This document shows positions 23,583 to 33,037 of a stretch of 64,000 nucleotides of DNA, one piece after another; positions within the stretch are counted from its first letter, which is position 1; the number at the start of each line of letters is the position of its first letter. The notes below the pieces were generated by a model. That model had not been told where the DNA came from and did not search any database. It saw only the letters and a list, made by a program, of their open reading frames with translations. The translations under genes were made by a program, and so were the position numbers. This stretch comes from a virus. Taxonomy: Duplodnaviria > Caudoviricetes. The stretch lies in IMG/VR virus record IMGVR_UViG_3300025316_001101; one strand, given 5' to 3'.

Positions 23583-23675
23583 TGGTGGGGGCTGGGATCG
23601 AACCAGCGATCTTCAGGTTATTCTAGGGCTTGTCTGAGCCAAGAGCCTGACGAGATGCCTCTTCTCCACCCCACG
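23583..23675 (-). tRNA. tRNA-fMet(CAT) with 21-nt insertion in the anticodon (34/35)
   Basis: fMet-like body CGTGGGG/CCCCACC (C1-C72 mismatch), TCAGG/CCTGA; loop CTC[21 nt]ATAA. Confidence 0.7.
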
Positions 23676-23694
23676 TCATGTATTCTTATATATC

Positions 23695-23726
23695 TATTAT
23701 ACGCTGAAATTTTCGTTTGTCAAGTC
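23695..23726 (-). promoter_or_regulatory. sigma70-type promoter, identical 32-bp copy of 1923-1954
   Basis: TTGACA-16-TATAAT. Confidence 0.85.
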
Positions 23727-23803
23727 GGAATTTTTCAGAAGCTCATCGGAATTTCTCTGCCATCCAATTTCAACGAAGAAATCAACGGTAATATATAATT
23801 TCA

Positions 23804-24523
23804 ATGAAACAATCAGATTTGATCATCCTTAGCTCTACTCGGAACAAAACCATAGAGAATTTTGAAATTAAGATGCTTGATTCCTTTTGCAGGACGACTC
23901 CTCAAGAATGCAAAATGTTAGTCATAGAAAATAATTCCAATGCAGTGGATCATGCTCAATGGAAAGAATGTGTCGAATCAAAAGGCCAAACATTTATGTT
24001 TTTTGATGGAGAATTCAACATAAACAAAATGTACAATTTGGGGACCAAATTAACCACCAGTGAATATGTGATGTATGCTAATTCAGATATTGTATTTCAC
24101 ACGAACTGGTATCGTAATCTTTTGAATTGGTTTGATGTCACGCCCAATCTATTTGTCGTATCGCCTTTTTCTAAAGCCCTAGTTCCTGACGTAAATAGAC
24201 ATGGAGTATACAGAACCGATGTGATGCCCGTCAGATATATTCACGATACCGTTTACATACCTGGATGGTTTTATTGTTTGAAGCGATCAAGTCATTTCGT
24301 GTGGGATGAAAACTTCCGGGCACATTTTCAAGATGTGGATTTTGTTTATACGCTTGAAAGAATGAGAAAGAAAGACAATAGCATTAAAAGCGGAATAGCC
24401 TACAACAGCAGAGTTGATCACTTGTGTGGCGGCACGGCTCACAATGCATCTCAATACTATTACACCACACAAGGCGAATATGCTTGTTTCGCCAAGTGGG
24501 GAGTGGGCAAGAAGTGGAATTAG
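23804..24523 (+). CDS. Glycosyltransferase family 2-like protein
   Basis: VIENNS, FNINKMYNLG, YANSDIVF, QDVDF. Confidence 0.75.
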   Translation: MKQSDLIILSSTRNKTIENFEIKMLDSFCRTTPQECKMLVIENNSNAVDHAQWKECVESKGQTFMFFDGEFNINKMYNLGTKLTTSEYVMYANSDIVFHTNWYRNLLNWFDVTPNLFVVSPFSKALVPDVNRHGVYRTDVMPVRYIHDTVYIPGWFYCLKRSSHFVWDENFRAHFQDVDFVYTLERMRKKDNSIKSGIAYNSRVDHLCGGTAHNASQYYYTTQGEYACFAKWGVGKKWN

Positions 24524-25122
24524 TTGTGCAGTACCACTTTTATATTCCTGCTTTCCAACTGCTTGATCAATTCTTTAACTGATTCATCAGACTCAGTTGA
24601 CACAAATCTCTGGTGAAATTCGACGTGTAATTCGTCGATCCAATCGGCTATATTTCTTTCTAGCAAACTACGCAATACACGGAACTCAGATCCTTCAATA
24701 TCCATTTTAATCAAAATATAATCATCTTGATTAAAATTAGCCGTAATGAATCTTCCTAAATCTATTTTTGGCACCATAAAGGTGGCAATCAAAACATCAC
24801 TGATTGCGGTTGACTCGTTCTTAAATTTGCGCATAGCTTGACCGGCTTGCACTGCAAAGTCCTGATAAATAGAAGATCCGCCGTCATCATCTTTAGAAAC
24901 ATGAAACGCTGCGTTTCCATCTTCTATACCGATCACTGCATTCAACAAAGAAACCGTTACGCCTTTGAACGTAACTTTACCCGTACTACATACTAAAGGA
25001 TTGGCTTCAAATCCATAAACCTCCCAAGTAGAATCAATTTTATTTTGATCTATCATCACACCCATACCGTGTCCACGATGAGTGCCACAATCTAAGAAAA
25101 CTTTTTTATTCATTTGAAACAC
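24520..25122 (-). CDS. FkbM-family methyltransferase
   Basis: FLDCGTHRG, GFEANP, IKMDIEGSEF. Confidence 0.85.
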   Translation of the reverse strand: MFQMNKKVFLDCGTHRGHGMGVMIDQNKIDSTWEVYGFEANPLVCSTGKVTFKGVTVSLLNAVIGIEDGNAAFHVSKDDDGGSSIYQDFAVQAGQAMRKFKNESTAISDVLIATFMVPKIDLGRFITANFNQDDYILIKMDIEGSEFRVLRSLLERNIADWIDELHVEFHQRFVSTESDESVKELIKQLESRNIKVVLHN

Positions 25123-25313
25123 ATTAAAAGGTTGCCTACTAAAATGAACGTGCCAATTATGGATATTACAGCGACGATGCCATATCCTATTTTAGCATCA
25201 GCACTTTGATGCCTACTTGAAGTCCACAATCCATAAGTAGCGATGGAGCCGCCGAAAATCATAATGAATACGGCGGCTACCAATCGCATTAAATCTATCG
25301 AGTTGTTTTCCAT
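25110..25313 (-). CDS. Two-TM membrane protein
   Basis: Hydrophobic segments. Confidence 0.6.
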   Translation of the reverse strand: MENNSIDLMRLVAAVFIMIFGGSIATYGLWTSSRHQSADAKIGYGIVAVISIIGTFILVGNLLMCFK

Positions 25314-25326
25314 CAGTCAATTCTAC

Positions 25327-25791
25327 TTATTTTGACGGCTCAACTTTTTTCTCTTCGAGTTTAATGTCAGCTTTAGGCTGTTCGGCTTTCAATTCCTTTT
25401 CCAGCTTTTCCAGCTTGTTCTCAACCTGCGGCTGATCTTTAATTTCCGGCTTGGGGAGTTCCGTCTTCGGTGCTGGATTCTTGGGTTGAGTTTCAGGATG
25501 CAGTGGAACATATCTCCAACCGGCAATTTGTCCTGGGCCGTGATAGATGTCGATCTCTTTGCCCCACTGCTTGTCAATTGGAACGACCGCTACTGACCAA
25601 TTTTTGCCACTATGAACGGCTTTTTCCACATCAATCTTCGCCGGTTCAGTCTTATCAGATGTTGCGGCTGAAGCTGTTTTTGGTTGTGAAAGCCCAGAAA
25701 TATCGGATTCCCACTTGCCAAGATACTTTCCAATCACCATGCCTAACACCAACGATCCTAAACATCCCCATGCTACATAACGCTTATTCAT
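25327..25791 (-). CDS. Membrane-anchored hypothetical protein
   Basis: N-terminal TM; start trimmed to MNKRY. Confidence 0.6.
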   Translation of the reverse strand: MNKRYVAWGCLGSLVLGMVIGKYLGKWESDISGLSQPKTASAATSDKTEPAKIDVEKAVHSGKNWSVAVVPIDKQWGKEIDIYHGPGQIAGWRYVPLHPETQPKNPAPKTELPKPEIKDQPQVENKLEKLEKELKAEQPKADIKLEEKKVEPSK

Positions 25792-25874
25792 TGTACTACT
25801 CCTAACAGAAAAACTACTCTCTTGGGGAACACTCCCAAGAACATTGCCATAGTATAACATTTTCACAAGGCTTG

Positions 25875-26393
25875 TCAATCCCTTGGTCTGATGTATTCTT
25901 TAAGGGGGTCTTCCCAATTGACCCTTTCCCCTGCTTCGCTACGTTTTTGCGCATCCTTGAACCGCCAACTATTGACGAACTGATAACCATTCATGCACAT
26001 CTCCGTATGGCCATCGTCGCCGTGGTTATACCATGCTTCGCAAAGCCATACATCAGGATGATGAGCCGTACCCTTGAATTGTCCTTCTGACAATTTGTGA
26101 AATTCTTCGTAGTTGCCAATATAAAACAACTCATTATCATCCTCCGGTGGCAAGGCAAGCATTTCAGCCGGTGCCTCCCACACTTCTGGGCCTATCAACT
26201 CTACCCCCGGCTTGTTGAACAAGAAAAGCTCGCACTCGTACACCCGACCAAAATCTGGAATACAGAATTCTGGTTTGCAAAGCACTCTCTCGGTAGGCAG
26301 CCAGAACCGACCGCATGGAAATTGTAAAAATTTAGCCCACTCTGGTTTGAGTTCCCGATAGAGTTTCATCAACCTAATGTCTGTATAAGTCAT
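25875..26393 (-). CDS. Hypothetical protein
   Basis: ORF track. Confidence 0.65.
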   Translation of the reverse strand: MTYTDIRLMKLYRELKPEWAKFLQFPCGRFWLPTERVLCKPEFCIPDFGRVYECELFLFNKPGVELIGPEVWEAPAEMLALPPEDDNELFYIGNYEEFHKLSEGQFKGTAHHPDVWLCEAWYNHGDDGHTEMCMNGYQFVNSWRFKDAQKRSEAGERVNWEDPLKEYIRPRD

Positions 26394-26629
26394 TCGTCAT
26401 CATCCGCTAATGTTTTTTCTTCAAAGTGATTCAATTCCCGCATAGACCAAATAAACCCGCCGTCGCCGCTTCCAGAAAAGATTCTATGATCCCATGTACA
26501 CCACCCTTGTCTCGGATTCCACTTGCTCATAGCAATCAAAGTTCCAGGTCGTGTTTCAGAATAAAGCATTCCCGTGCGCCAACTCCCTTCGGCAAAAGGC
26601 AAGAATCCAATTCGTCGGATGAGCTTCAT
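26390..26629 (-). CDS. Small hypothetical protein (paralogous N-terminus to 26626-26838)
   Basis: MKLIRRIGFLPF. Confidence 0.6.
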   Translation of the reverse strand: MKLIRRIGFLPFAEGSWRTGMLYSETRPGTLIAMSKWNPRQGWCTWDHRIFSGSGDGGFIWSMRELNHFEEKTLADDDE

Positions 26630-26838
26630 CGCCTATACTTTCTCGACCAAGCAGCAGCACGCTCATCAGCAAACCCAAGTGAAAATACCCCTCTAGAGCC
26701 TACACTGCGGGCTCTATTAATGGCGTTTGCAGAATTCAATGATGCATTTCCCATATTACAAGAGAACCCGCTAACCGGCCTATGATCTCGATGGCTCTCA
26801 CAAAATGGGAAAAATCCAATTTGACGTATGAGTTTCAT
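26626..26838 (-). CDS. Small hypothetical protein
   Basis: MKLIRQIGFFPF. Confidence 0.6.
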   Translation of the reverse strand: MKLIRQIGFFPFCESHRDHRPVSGFSCNMGNASLNSANAINRARSVGSRGVFSLGFADERAAAWSRKYRR

Positions 26839-28085
26839 TCGTAATCACTTAATTTGAATACATTGGATTCTTTAGGAATGTAATGTCGGCAATCATAGCT
26901 CAAAAACCAATACCAACGTTCGGGCTTCTCAGGTCGAACCGAATTACCCATGCCATCCGTAATCAAAAATACGGCTTCTGGATATTTGCAACCTTCGTTC
27001 AGCATCGTCTTTTGAATAAATGCTTCCAGAATACCGAATGATGTTCCACCACCGCCGTATATCTTACCCTTGGCAAGCTCCACTTCTTTCACCGCTGTAT
27101 CGAAGCAGAACAGTCTTACATCGAACCGCTTTGGATCAAGACTACGAGCCGCTTTGAAAAATCGATCTTTGAGATTCCAGCACGATCCACTGGTATCTTG
27201 AAACAAAAATACCATAATCTTGCCTTCGGTTTCGTGCTCGATTTCCATCTCCGTGGGCAGCATAAGCTTCTTATCCAAAGTGACGAATCTTCGATTCACT
27301 CTAGCCCACTGTTCAATGTCCTTCATTTCCGGCCGGTCGTATTTTCTGGACCACTCTTTTATTACAGTCTCCCACTTCTTCTTCTTTTTAACCGGCTTCA
27401 CATCAATGAAAGTCCAACCACCCGTGCCTACGCCCGCCTGTGACTCTTGCACTTCCGCTTCATAATGCTTTTCAATCGTGTCCTTGAGAGCATCTTTCTC
27501 TTCCTTGGACAACACCCCATCTAATTTACCGACTACCTCATCCCAATTAGATGTTCCCAATCCAGCATGATCATCCAACGTGCGAATCACCAACTTGAGT
27601 TTTTCTAAATTTTTGGGCATACGGTTGAAGTAATACTCAAACGATTTATCGTCAGGCATATCTTCGCCAACAAACACCGTATCGACCCAACAGCCCTTCT
27701 TGTTGAGATCGCCAAGAAGGGCTCGATCAAATCCAAATCCTCGCACCAAGGCATGATTCACAATAACATCTAGCAAATAATTTGCAACCTCATGATCCTG
27801 AGACCCCAAGGTTCTAATGCCATGATTCAAAATGATGTGCAAACATTCATGGCAGATTACAAATAGCCGTTGATACTCATTTAACGAATTCCAATACTTG
27901 GGATTGAACACGAATTCTACCCAATCGCCTTGAGAATCAAAACTAACCGCTGCCGTTTCAATCTCATTGGTGAAAACAGGACGACCCATTTTCCACAACT
28001 GATAAAAAACAGCATGGTATTCCTCTAGCTTCAAGCTCAAAGCCAGAAACTCATCGGCGCTAAGCGTCGGTGTTGGGATACTCAC
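26835..28085 (-). CDS. Metallopeptidase-like/VWA domain protein (DUF2201-like)
   Basis: HECLH plus C-terminal DTSGS...GGGT...TDG MIDAS; start moved to GTG 28085 coupled to upstream TAG. Confidence 0.8.
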   Translation of the reverse strand: MSIPTPTLSADEFLALSLKLEEYHAVFYQLWKMGRPVFTNEIETAAVSFDSQGDWVEFVFNPKYWNSLNEYQRLFVICHECLHIILNHGIRTLGSQDHEVANYLLDVIVNHALVRGFGFDRALLGDLNKKGCWVDTVFVGEDMPDDKSFEYYFNRMPKNLEKLKLVIRTLDDHAGLGTSNWDEVVGKLDGVLSKEEKDALKDTIEKHYEAEVQESQAGVGTGGWTFIDVKPVKKKKKWETVIKEWSRKYDRPEMKDIEQWARVNRRFVTLDKKLMLPTEMEIEHETEGKIMVFLFQDTSGSCWNLKDRFFKAARSLDPKRFDVRLFCFDTAVKEVELAKGKIYGGGGTSFGILEAFIQKTMLNEGCKYPEAVFLITDGMGNSVRPEKPERWYWFLSYDCRHYIPKESNVFKLSDYE

Positions 28086-28223
28086 TACTTGCCCACTCCC
28101 ATTACGGCCACAGCCGCTATGATTGAAACGATTACACACTCTACGATCAAAAGCGTCAATCCAGCATTAAACGACCGATGTTGACACATCATCACCACCG
28201 CAATAATTGCCGCTGGCAAGCAA

Positions 28224-29737
28224 GTCAATTACCCCTCCCACAAGGGGAGGGGCTTGGGATTTGTCAAACTAATGTTTTAACTAATCGCTTAGAAGAAGTT
28301 TGACGAATTGCTTCAATCCTTATTCTTCTCGGTGTATTGACGACACCACTATTGAGTTGAGTAATTAAACTCTTCCCTTTACCTTCTTTTAACATTATAC
28401 CCAATGCTCCATTTACATCTGCATTAAGCACTATTCCTGTTGATGACTTAAATAATCCTCTTGGGTATCTTTTTCCCATATATTCATCATGATGACACAT
28501 TACTTCACCAGCAAGATGATCGCATTTACTTGTGTATGCTTCTTCCCTTGCTTTGAAACTAATACCATTTAACATTAGTTTTGATTTTAGTTTTTGAACA
28601 AACTTAGCAAAAGGAAGATTTACGAAGTTTTGGTTGTTCTTATCGCCGTGATTAACACCATTTTGTGCCATCCATCCTTCGCCAATTACCACATTACCAA
28701 CATCATTATTCAAACAATATTGAAGAATGAAATTAGAATAATTATTTAAGTAATCATTGATTTGTCGCCCTCGTCTTGCTCCAAGCCAACGAATACGCTT
28801 ACTGCTTTTCTTTCCTTGCTTTTCAAGTATTGATTGTAATTCTGCTTTTGTTTTGTTATATAATCTGTTTAGTGATTTAAGTTCCCGACCATCCATAATG
28901 AATGAGCGTCCAGATTTTTCATCAAGACAAGTAGCAAAATTATTTACACCAATGTCAATACTTAGACAATTCTTTCCTTCACTTGCTTTCGGTTCTTCTA
29001 CTTCATACACATATTCAATCTCAAAGTATTCAGCATCTAATTTGGGAATAATGCGTATTTCTTTAATTTTATGTTTTTTAATACATTCGGGTATTAGATA
29101 TTTGAATTCTTTGAGTCTGTATTTGCTTTTGAGAGTTGGTGTAATCCTAACTTTGATTTCAGTTTTCCATAATCCTTTATTGTTTGGAAGAATGAATGGA
29201 AAATATCCATCCTTGTCCAAGTATCCAGGTATTTTAACTTCTCCTACATAATGACCCAATCTCTTACTTCGTAATAATCCAAAGAATGAAGCGTATGCTC
29301 TATCAACCATCATCATTGACTGCTGACTTGCTAATGTTGGCATTGATTTGTATGAATGATGGTTTTTAACTGAATGATATGCTGTTGCGTAAGTCAGGCG
29401 TTCTCCACACTTAAAAAAATGTTGTCGCATTGCGTAAAGAGTGCTGTTGTAAACATCCTTACTTTTACGGCACATTGACTTCAAGAAGTAATGTTCTTTT
29501 TGCGTTAGACCTTTGAGTTTGTTTTTCAATACAAGTAGCATACTAAATTATATAGTATGCTAAGTTTATTTTTTCATAACTTTTTCAAAATAATTTTCAT
29601 TATGCGGGCTTACATCCCCCACCACAAGGGTTTGACCTAGTTCGCATTTTCGTTCGCTACGCTCACTCAACGCTCACAGGTCAAACATTCCTGCGGAATG
29701 TGGAGGTTTTCGCCCGCTTTCTATAAACCAATAGCGT
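28224..29737 (-). mobile_element. Non-autonomous IS200/IS605-family (tnpB-only) element
   Basis: Subterminal hairpins (TTTGACC..GGTCAAA left; CCCCTCCCC-TTGT-GGGAGGGG right); TTGAC at both junctions; no tnpA. Confidence 0.8.
28264..29541 (-). CDS. tnpB: TnpB RNA-guided endonuclease
   Basis: RuvC motifs SIDIGVNN, VIGE, NADVNGA; IS-like ends. Confidence 0.9.
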   Translation of the reverse strand: MLLVLKNKLKGLTQKEHYFLKSMCRKSKDVYNSTLYAMRQHFFKCGERLTYATAYHSVKNHHSYKSMPTLASQQSMMMVDRAYASFFGLLRSKRLGHYVGEVKIPGYLDKDGYFPFILPNNKGLWKTEIKVRITPTLKSKYRLKEFKYLIPECIKKHKIKEIRIIPKLDAEYFEIEYVYEVEEPKASEGKNCLSIDIGVNNFATCLDEKSGRSFIMDGRELKSLNRLYNKTKAELQSILEKQGKKSSKRIRWLGARRGRQINDYLNNYSNFILQYCLNNDVGNVVIGEGWMAQNGVNHGDKNNQNFVNLPFAKFVQKLKSKLMLNGISFKAREEAYTSKCDHLAGEVMCHHDEYMGKRYPRGLFKSSTGIVLNADVNGALGIMLKEGKGKSLITQLNSGVVNTPRRIRIEAIRQTSSKRLVKTLV

Positions 29738-29798
29738 GTCAATATACTCCACACGCACAGAAAGAACAAAATAATTGCAAATTCCACTTCATTATCTC

Positions 29799-31433
29799 CT
29801 ATTTACGAGTCCAACTTTTACCACCAAGCCCTCTGTATGTAGAGGGAGCAGGCACAGGTGTGGCTACCGGCACTTTCGGCGGTCTGCCACGACCACGCTT
29901 GGTTGGCAAAGCAATAGCACTTCCATTAGACGTAGATACGCCTGTAGCCCTGGGACAAAGGATTTTGCCGCCATGACCCGCCGCACACAACTTGTTCAAC
30001 AGATCGGGGAAAGCCCCACCGTACTTTTTATAAATTTCCGGCCAATGAATATTTTCATTCTTGGCAATTTGATCAATAGCGTGATTTGCCATTCCCACCA
30101 TACCATTCAACCGAATTGAATTTTTCAACGTGGTTAAATGTGACTTCTTACAAATTAACGCCAATATCTTCAACACTTCTACGGCTTCTGCACTTGTCAT
30201 GGTCGGCGGCAATCGACGAGCCATATCCTCCAAAACCTTCTTACGGTCGTAGGTCTGCTGTCTCTTGCCAAGCTGATTCTTCCAAAGATCGGTCGCAGCC
30301 CTAAACGGATTGCTCGGTGTATAAATTGCACCTGCGTGCGTATTAAACTTCGGCTTATCTGGCATGCTATGCCCGATCATCTCTCCACCACTGGTAATAA
30401 ATCCTACATTTAGAGCATTCAAAGCATCGGGATGACTCGCCAATGCCTTCTTCAGCTTCTTGGTCAATGCTTTGTTTTGATCGGCTGTCAAAATTTCCGC
30501 CACTATTGCACGTAACGACTCATTCGTATCTACATGCTTCATTGTCCAATCAAACACTGCATCTTCGGCAACGATCAGCGAACTAATCTTTTCATCAGAC
30601 ATCAGCGGAAGAAAGTAATCCCTAAACACTTCCTCATTCACAATATAATTAACGGCCGCTGCATAGGTATTTTCAGTCGTTACAAATTTCCTAGCTTCGT
30701 CCTTGTTGTTGGTAGACATCAATTCCCGCAAACGATCCATCACAGGACCAGTCTTAATGATCGTTAGCAACTTCGATACATTGGCCTTAGGTGGCAACAC
30801 ATCTCGTACATCCCCTTGCTTGGTCAAAATATCCAGGGCATAATCCAATCGCCGGGGCGAACAAGCATCCTTCATTTCAACTGGCAATTCATTCCACCAA
30901 GAAATTGCCGCTCTGGATGTATCGGCACCATAGACCTTGGTAAAATAATCTAGATCCGGCTTATAAGGAATGTCCAATGAAACGTGGAATCGGTCCTTTT
31001 GCGCCGGGTCCAATCGTTCAACATCGTATTCATCTTCATCGTCTGGGTTGATCGCCGCCCACACGATACGCAAATTCTTAAATTTCTTGCCGTTAATGCT
31101 CTTGAACTGCATCAACTCCATTACAGCATTACGCACCTTCTTATGAGCACGATTGAACTCATCGAAAAATAACGCCTCGATCTGGTCCAACTGAAATTCC
31201 AATGGTCGCACCAAATCAATATAAGGCACACCCTCGGCAGTCACTTGCTCTTTAGGAATTCCAATAAAATCTACCCACGGGTCCATCGTAGCAGCAGAGA
31301 AATACTTCCACCGCAAATTGGCCTTATCAAATGCCTGGGTGATTATAGCTGTCTTACCGACACCGTGACGACCAACAAACAATACGTTATAACCGTGCTT
31401 GATCCAAAACTCTAACTTCGCTTGACTAATCAT
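29799..31433 (-). CDS. MoxR-like AAA+ ATPase
   Basis: GRHGVGKT Walker A, FFDEFNR Walker B, AAINP, LDPAQKDRF; paired with VWA gene. Confidence 0.85.
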   Translation of the reverse strand: MISQAKLEFWIKHGYNVLFVGRHGVGKTAIITQAFDKANLRWKYFSAATMDPWVDFIGIPKEQVTAEGVPYIDLVRPLEFQLDQIEALFFDEFNRAHKKVRNAVMELMQFKSINGKKFKNLRIVWAAINPDDEDEYDVERLDPAQKDRFHVSLDIPYKPDLDYFTKVYGADTSRAAISWWNELPVEMKDACSPRRLDYALDILTKQGDVRDVLPPKANVSKLLTIIKTGPVMDRLRELMSTNNKDEARKFVTTENTYAAAVNYIVNEEVFRDYFLPLMSDEKISSLIVAEDAVFDWTMKHVDTNESLRAIVAEILTADQNKALTKKLKKALASHPDALNALNVGFITSGGEMIGHSMPDKPKFNTHAGAIYTPSNPFRAATDLWKNQLGKRQQTYDRKKVLEDMARRLPPTMTSAEAVEVLKILALICKKSHLTTLKNSIRLNGMVGMANHAIDQIAKNENIHWPEIYKKYGGAFPDLLNKLCAAGHGGKILCPRATGVSTSNGSAIALPTKRGRGRPPKVPVATPVPAPSTYRGLGGKSWTRK

Positions 31434-31445
31434 TATCGCCCCTTG

Positions 31446-32057
31446 TTATTCTGCTTCTGTTGGTTTGCCATCTGCCATTTCGTCTTTAACTAGCTGCTCG
31501 AATCTGCTTTGCAATAGTTGTTCTCCATGCAGTTTCAATTGACGCACTCGCTCTTTTGTAACCTTTATTTTGCTACCAATGGCTTCGAGCGTCATTTCTT
31601 TAACATAATAGTCAAACACTATTTGCTTGCAACGAGCATCCTTTTCAGTATCCTCAGGATGTGATTCAAAGAATCTCTCAATCAACCATGTGGGCATTGC
31701 ATGATCATTACCACGATAATCAGGAATGTCTACCGTATCCCGACGATTCATTCGTTCCAATGATTCAGTCGGCAACCGTTCAGAACGCTTGCGACTACGA
31801 CCAGAATGAATAATGGAATTTTTCATACACATAAATGCCCAAGTGCTGAATTCTCCCCACTTAGGGTTATATGTCCTAATGGCCTGTGCAAGACCAAGAA
31901 GGGCATCAGAAAACTCCTCTGTGTCCATAAGCTCTTGCCCACGCCGACGACGAGCAAATTTCTTCGTCACTTCGATTGCCAAGCCGAAATGATCCTCAGC
32001 CCGAATTTCCACTCGGGGAGTATCTTCTAACATTGGCAATACCTGGGCTACACACAC
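31446..32057 (-). CDS. RNA polymerase sigma70-family factor
   Basis: Region 2 (LGLAQAIRTYNP..FSTWA) and region 4 (TLEAIG...TKERVRQ). Confidence 0.85.
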   Translation of the reverse strand: MCVAQVLPMLEDTPRVEIRAEDHFGLAIEVTKKFARRRRGQELMDTEEFSDALLGLAQAIRTYNPKWGEFSTWAFMCMKNSIIHSGRSRKRSERLPTESLERMNRRDTVDIPDYRGNDHAMPTWLIERFFESHPEDTEKDARCKQIVFDYYVKEMTLEAIGSKIKVTKERVRQLKLHGEQLLQSRFEQLVKDEMADGKPTEAE

Positions 32058-32121
32058 ATTAATGCTCCTGAATCCATCCTACAGATACATTATTGTAGTA
32101 CAAACCCCGATCCATGTAAAC

Positions 32122-32156
32122 AAAAAAAGCCCACCCGGCTCTGCCGGGTGGGCTTC
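32122..32156 (-). terminator. Intrinsic terminator
   Basis: AAGCCCACCCGGC/GCCGGGTGGGCTT plus U7. Confidence 0.85.
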
Positions 32157-32166
32157 GTGTATTAAA

Positions 32167-32338
32167 GGTAGAGTCACAACTAGGAACTTGCTACTCAGTC
32201 TCGGTTGCCCTTTGTTTTTGTTTTTTTCCCAAGCTATTGAACTTAATAATTTGAAGCTGGGATGAACATGTAACTTTCGGGGCCTATGAACTGAAGGCCG
32301 ACATTAAAGTAATTGGTCAAATTGACCGGACTCTACCC
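32167..32338 (-). ncRNA. Candidate ~170-nt structured RNA
   Basis: 9-bp closing stem GGTAGAGTC/GACTCTACC with internal hairpins, followed by terminator. Confidence 0.4.
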
Positions 32339-32355
32339 CCCCCCATCCCTGTTGG

Positions 32356-32883
32356 CTAAGCCAACAGTTCAGGATCGACCGGAAAACCGGTCTTGTTACC
32401 TACTAGGACGCCCTTCAAATTGGCTTGGGCAATAGCGTTTTTGATGGCAGTTGTATAACTGCTGCTCGTCACCGCCCGCTTCATCGCCTCATTGATAGTA
32501 ATCGTCCGTCGAGCATACTCTTGTTCTTTGCTTCGAGCCATCTCTCGTCTGGAATAACCGAATGGATCGTGCGTGTCGTTGGTCGCTTGTCGCCACATGT
32601 TTTCGACTCGGCTCGCTCCGTCCTTCAACTTGATAGCCAAGGCCAACGTCATTTGCTTGCCCATGATAATAACCGGCACTTGCTGGTTGTACCATTCCTG
32701 CAATGCTTGCAGGGTGCAAACTTTTTCATTCGCCTTCTCGTAGTTCTTCACCACTTCGTCTGGAGGCGATTTTTCTTCGCCCTCAAAAGCCGTCAAGCAA
32801 TTGGTAAACTGTTGCTCTGCAACATGACGTTCGAGATTTGCCCGTGTCAGAGCATCTCTAAGTTGGTAACCATTTACTTCCAT
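32356..32883 (-). CDS. Helical hypothetical protein
   Basis: ORF track; TTGACT/TATAAT promoter at ~32918-32945. Confidence 0.7.
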   Translation of the reverse strand: MEVNGYQLRDALTRANLERHVAEQQFTNCLTAFEGEEKSPPDEVVKNYEKANEKVCTLQALQEWYNQQVPVIIMGKQMTLALAIKLKDGASRVENMWRQATNDTHDPFGYSRREMARSKEQEYARRTITINEAMKRAVTSSSYTTAIKNAIAQANLKGVLVGNKTGFPVDPELLA

Positions 32884-32966
32884 AACTTCACTCCTGTGTG
32901 TTTGGTAGCCATTAGGATTATACGGAGAAAATCCGAAAAGTCAATGGCCATGATGATCAAAAAAAA

Positions 32967-33037
32967 TGCGGCCGACAAGGATATGGGGTAGTCTTTACGT
33001 CTTTACTTGATGTAGACCACTCCTGCATTCGGCCGCA
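32967..33037 (-). ncRNA. Y-RNA-like unit A (stem-closed)
   Basis: GCGGCC-GAATGCAGGAGTGGTCTACATC...CTTGTC-GGCCGC. Confidence 0.7.

Larger units (their letters stand above)
28085..29787 (-). pseudogene. Small membrane protein gene interrupted by the TnpB element
   Basis: Removing 28224-29737 restores in-frame MEFAIILFFLCVWSILTCLPAAIIAVVMMCQHRSFNAGLTLLIVECVIVSIIAAVAVMGVGK. Confidence 0.75.

Noticed and set aside
23622-23642. Group I self-splicing intron in tRNA-fMet
   Set aside because: 21 nt cannot hold a catalytic core
420-23680. tRNA-associated theta (HDV-like) ribozymes
   Set aside because: tRNA 3' trailers are short spacers or simple hairpins; no HDV double-pseudoknot pattern recognised by eye
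28086-28139. ORF-track start of the VWA protein (MCNRF...)
   Set aside because: This region encodes the C-terminus of the IS-interrupted membrane gene in another frame; GTG 28085 is coupled to its stop
28224-29737. IStron (group I intron plus IS)
   Set aside because: The left end is only ~196 nt before tnpB, too short for an intron core, and no intron motifs are seen
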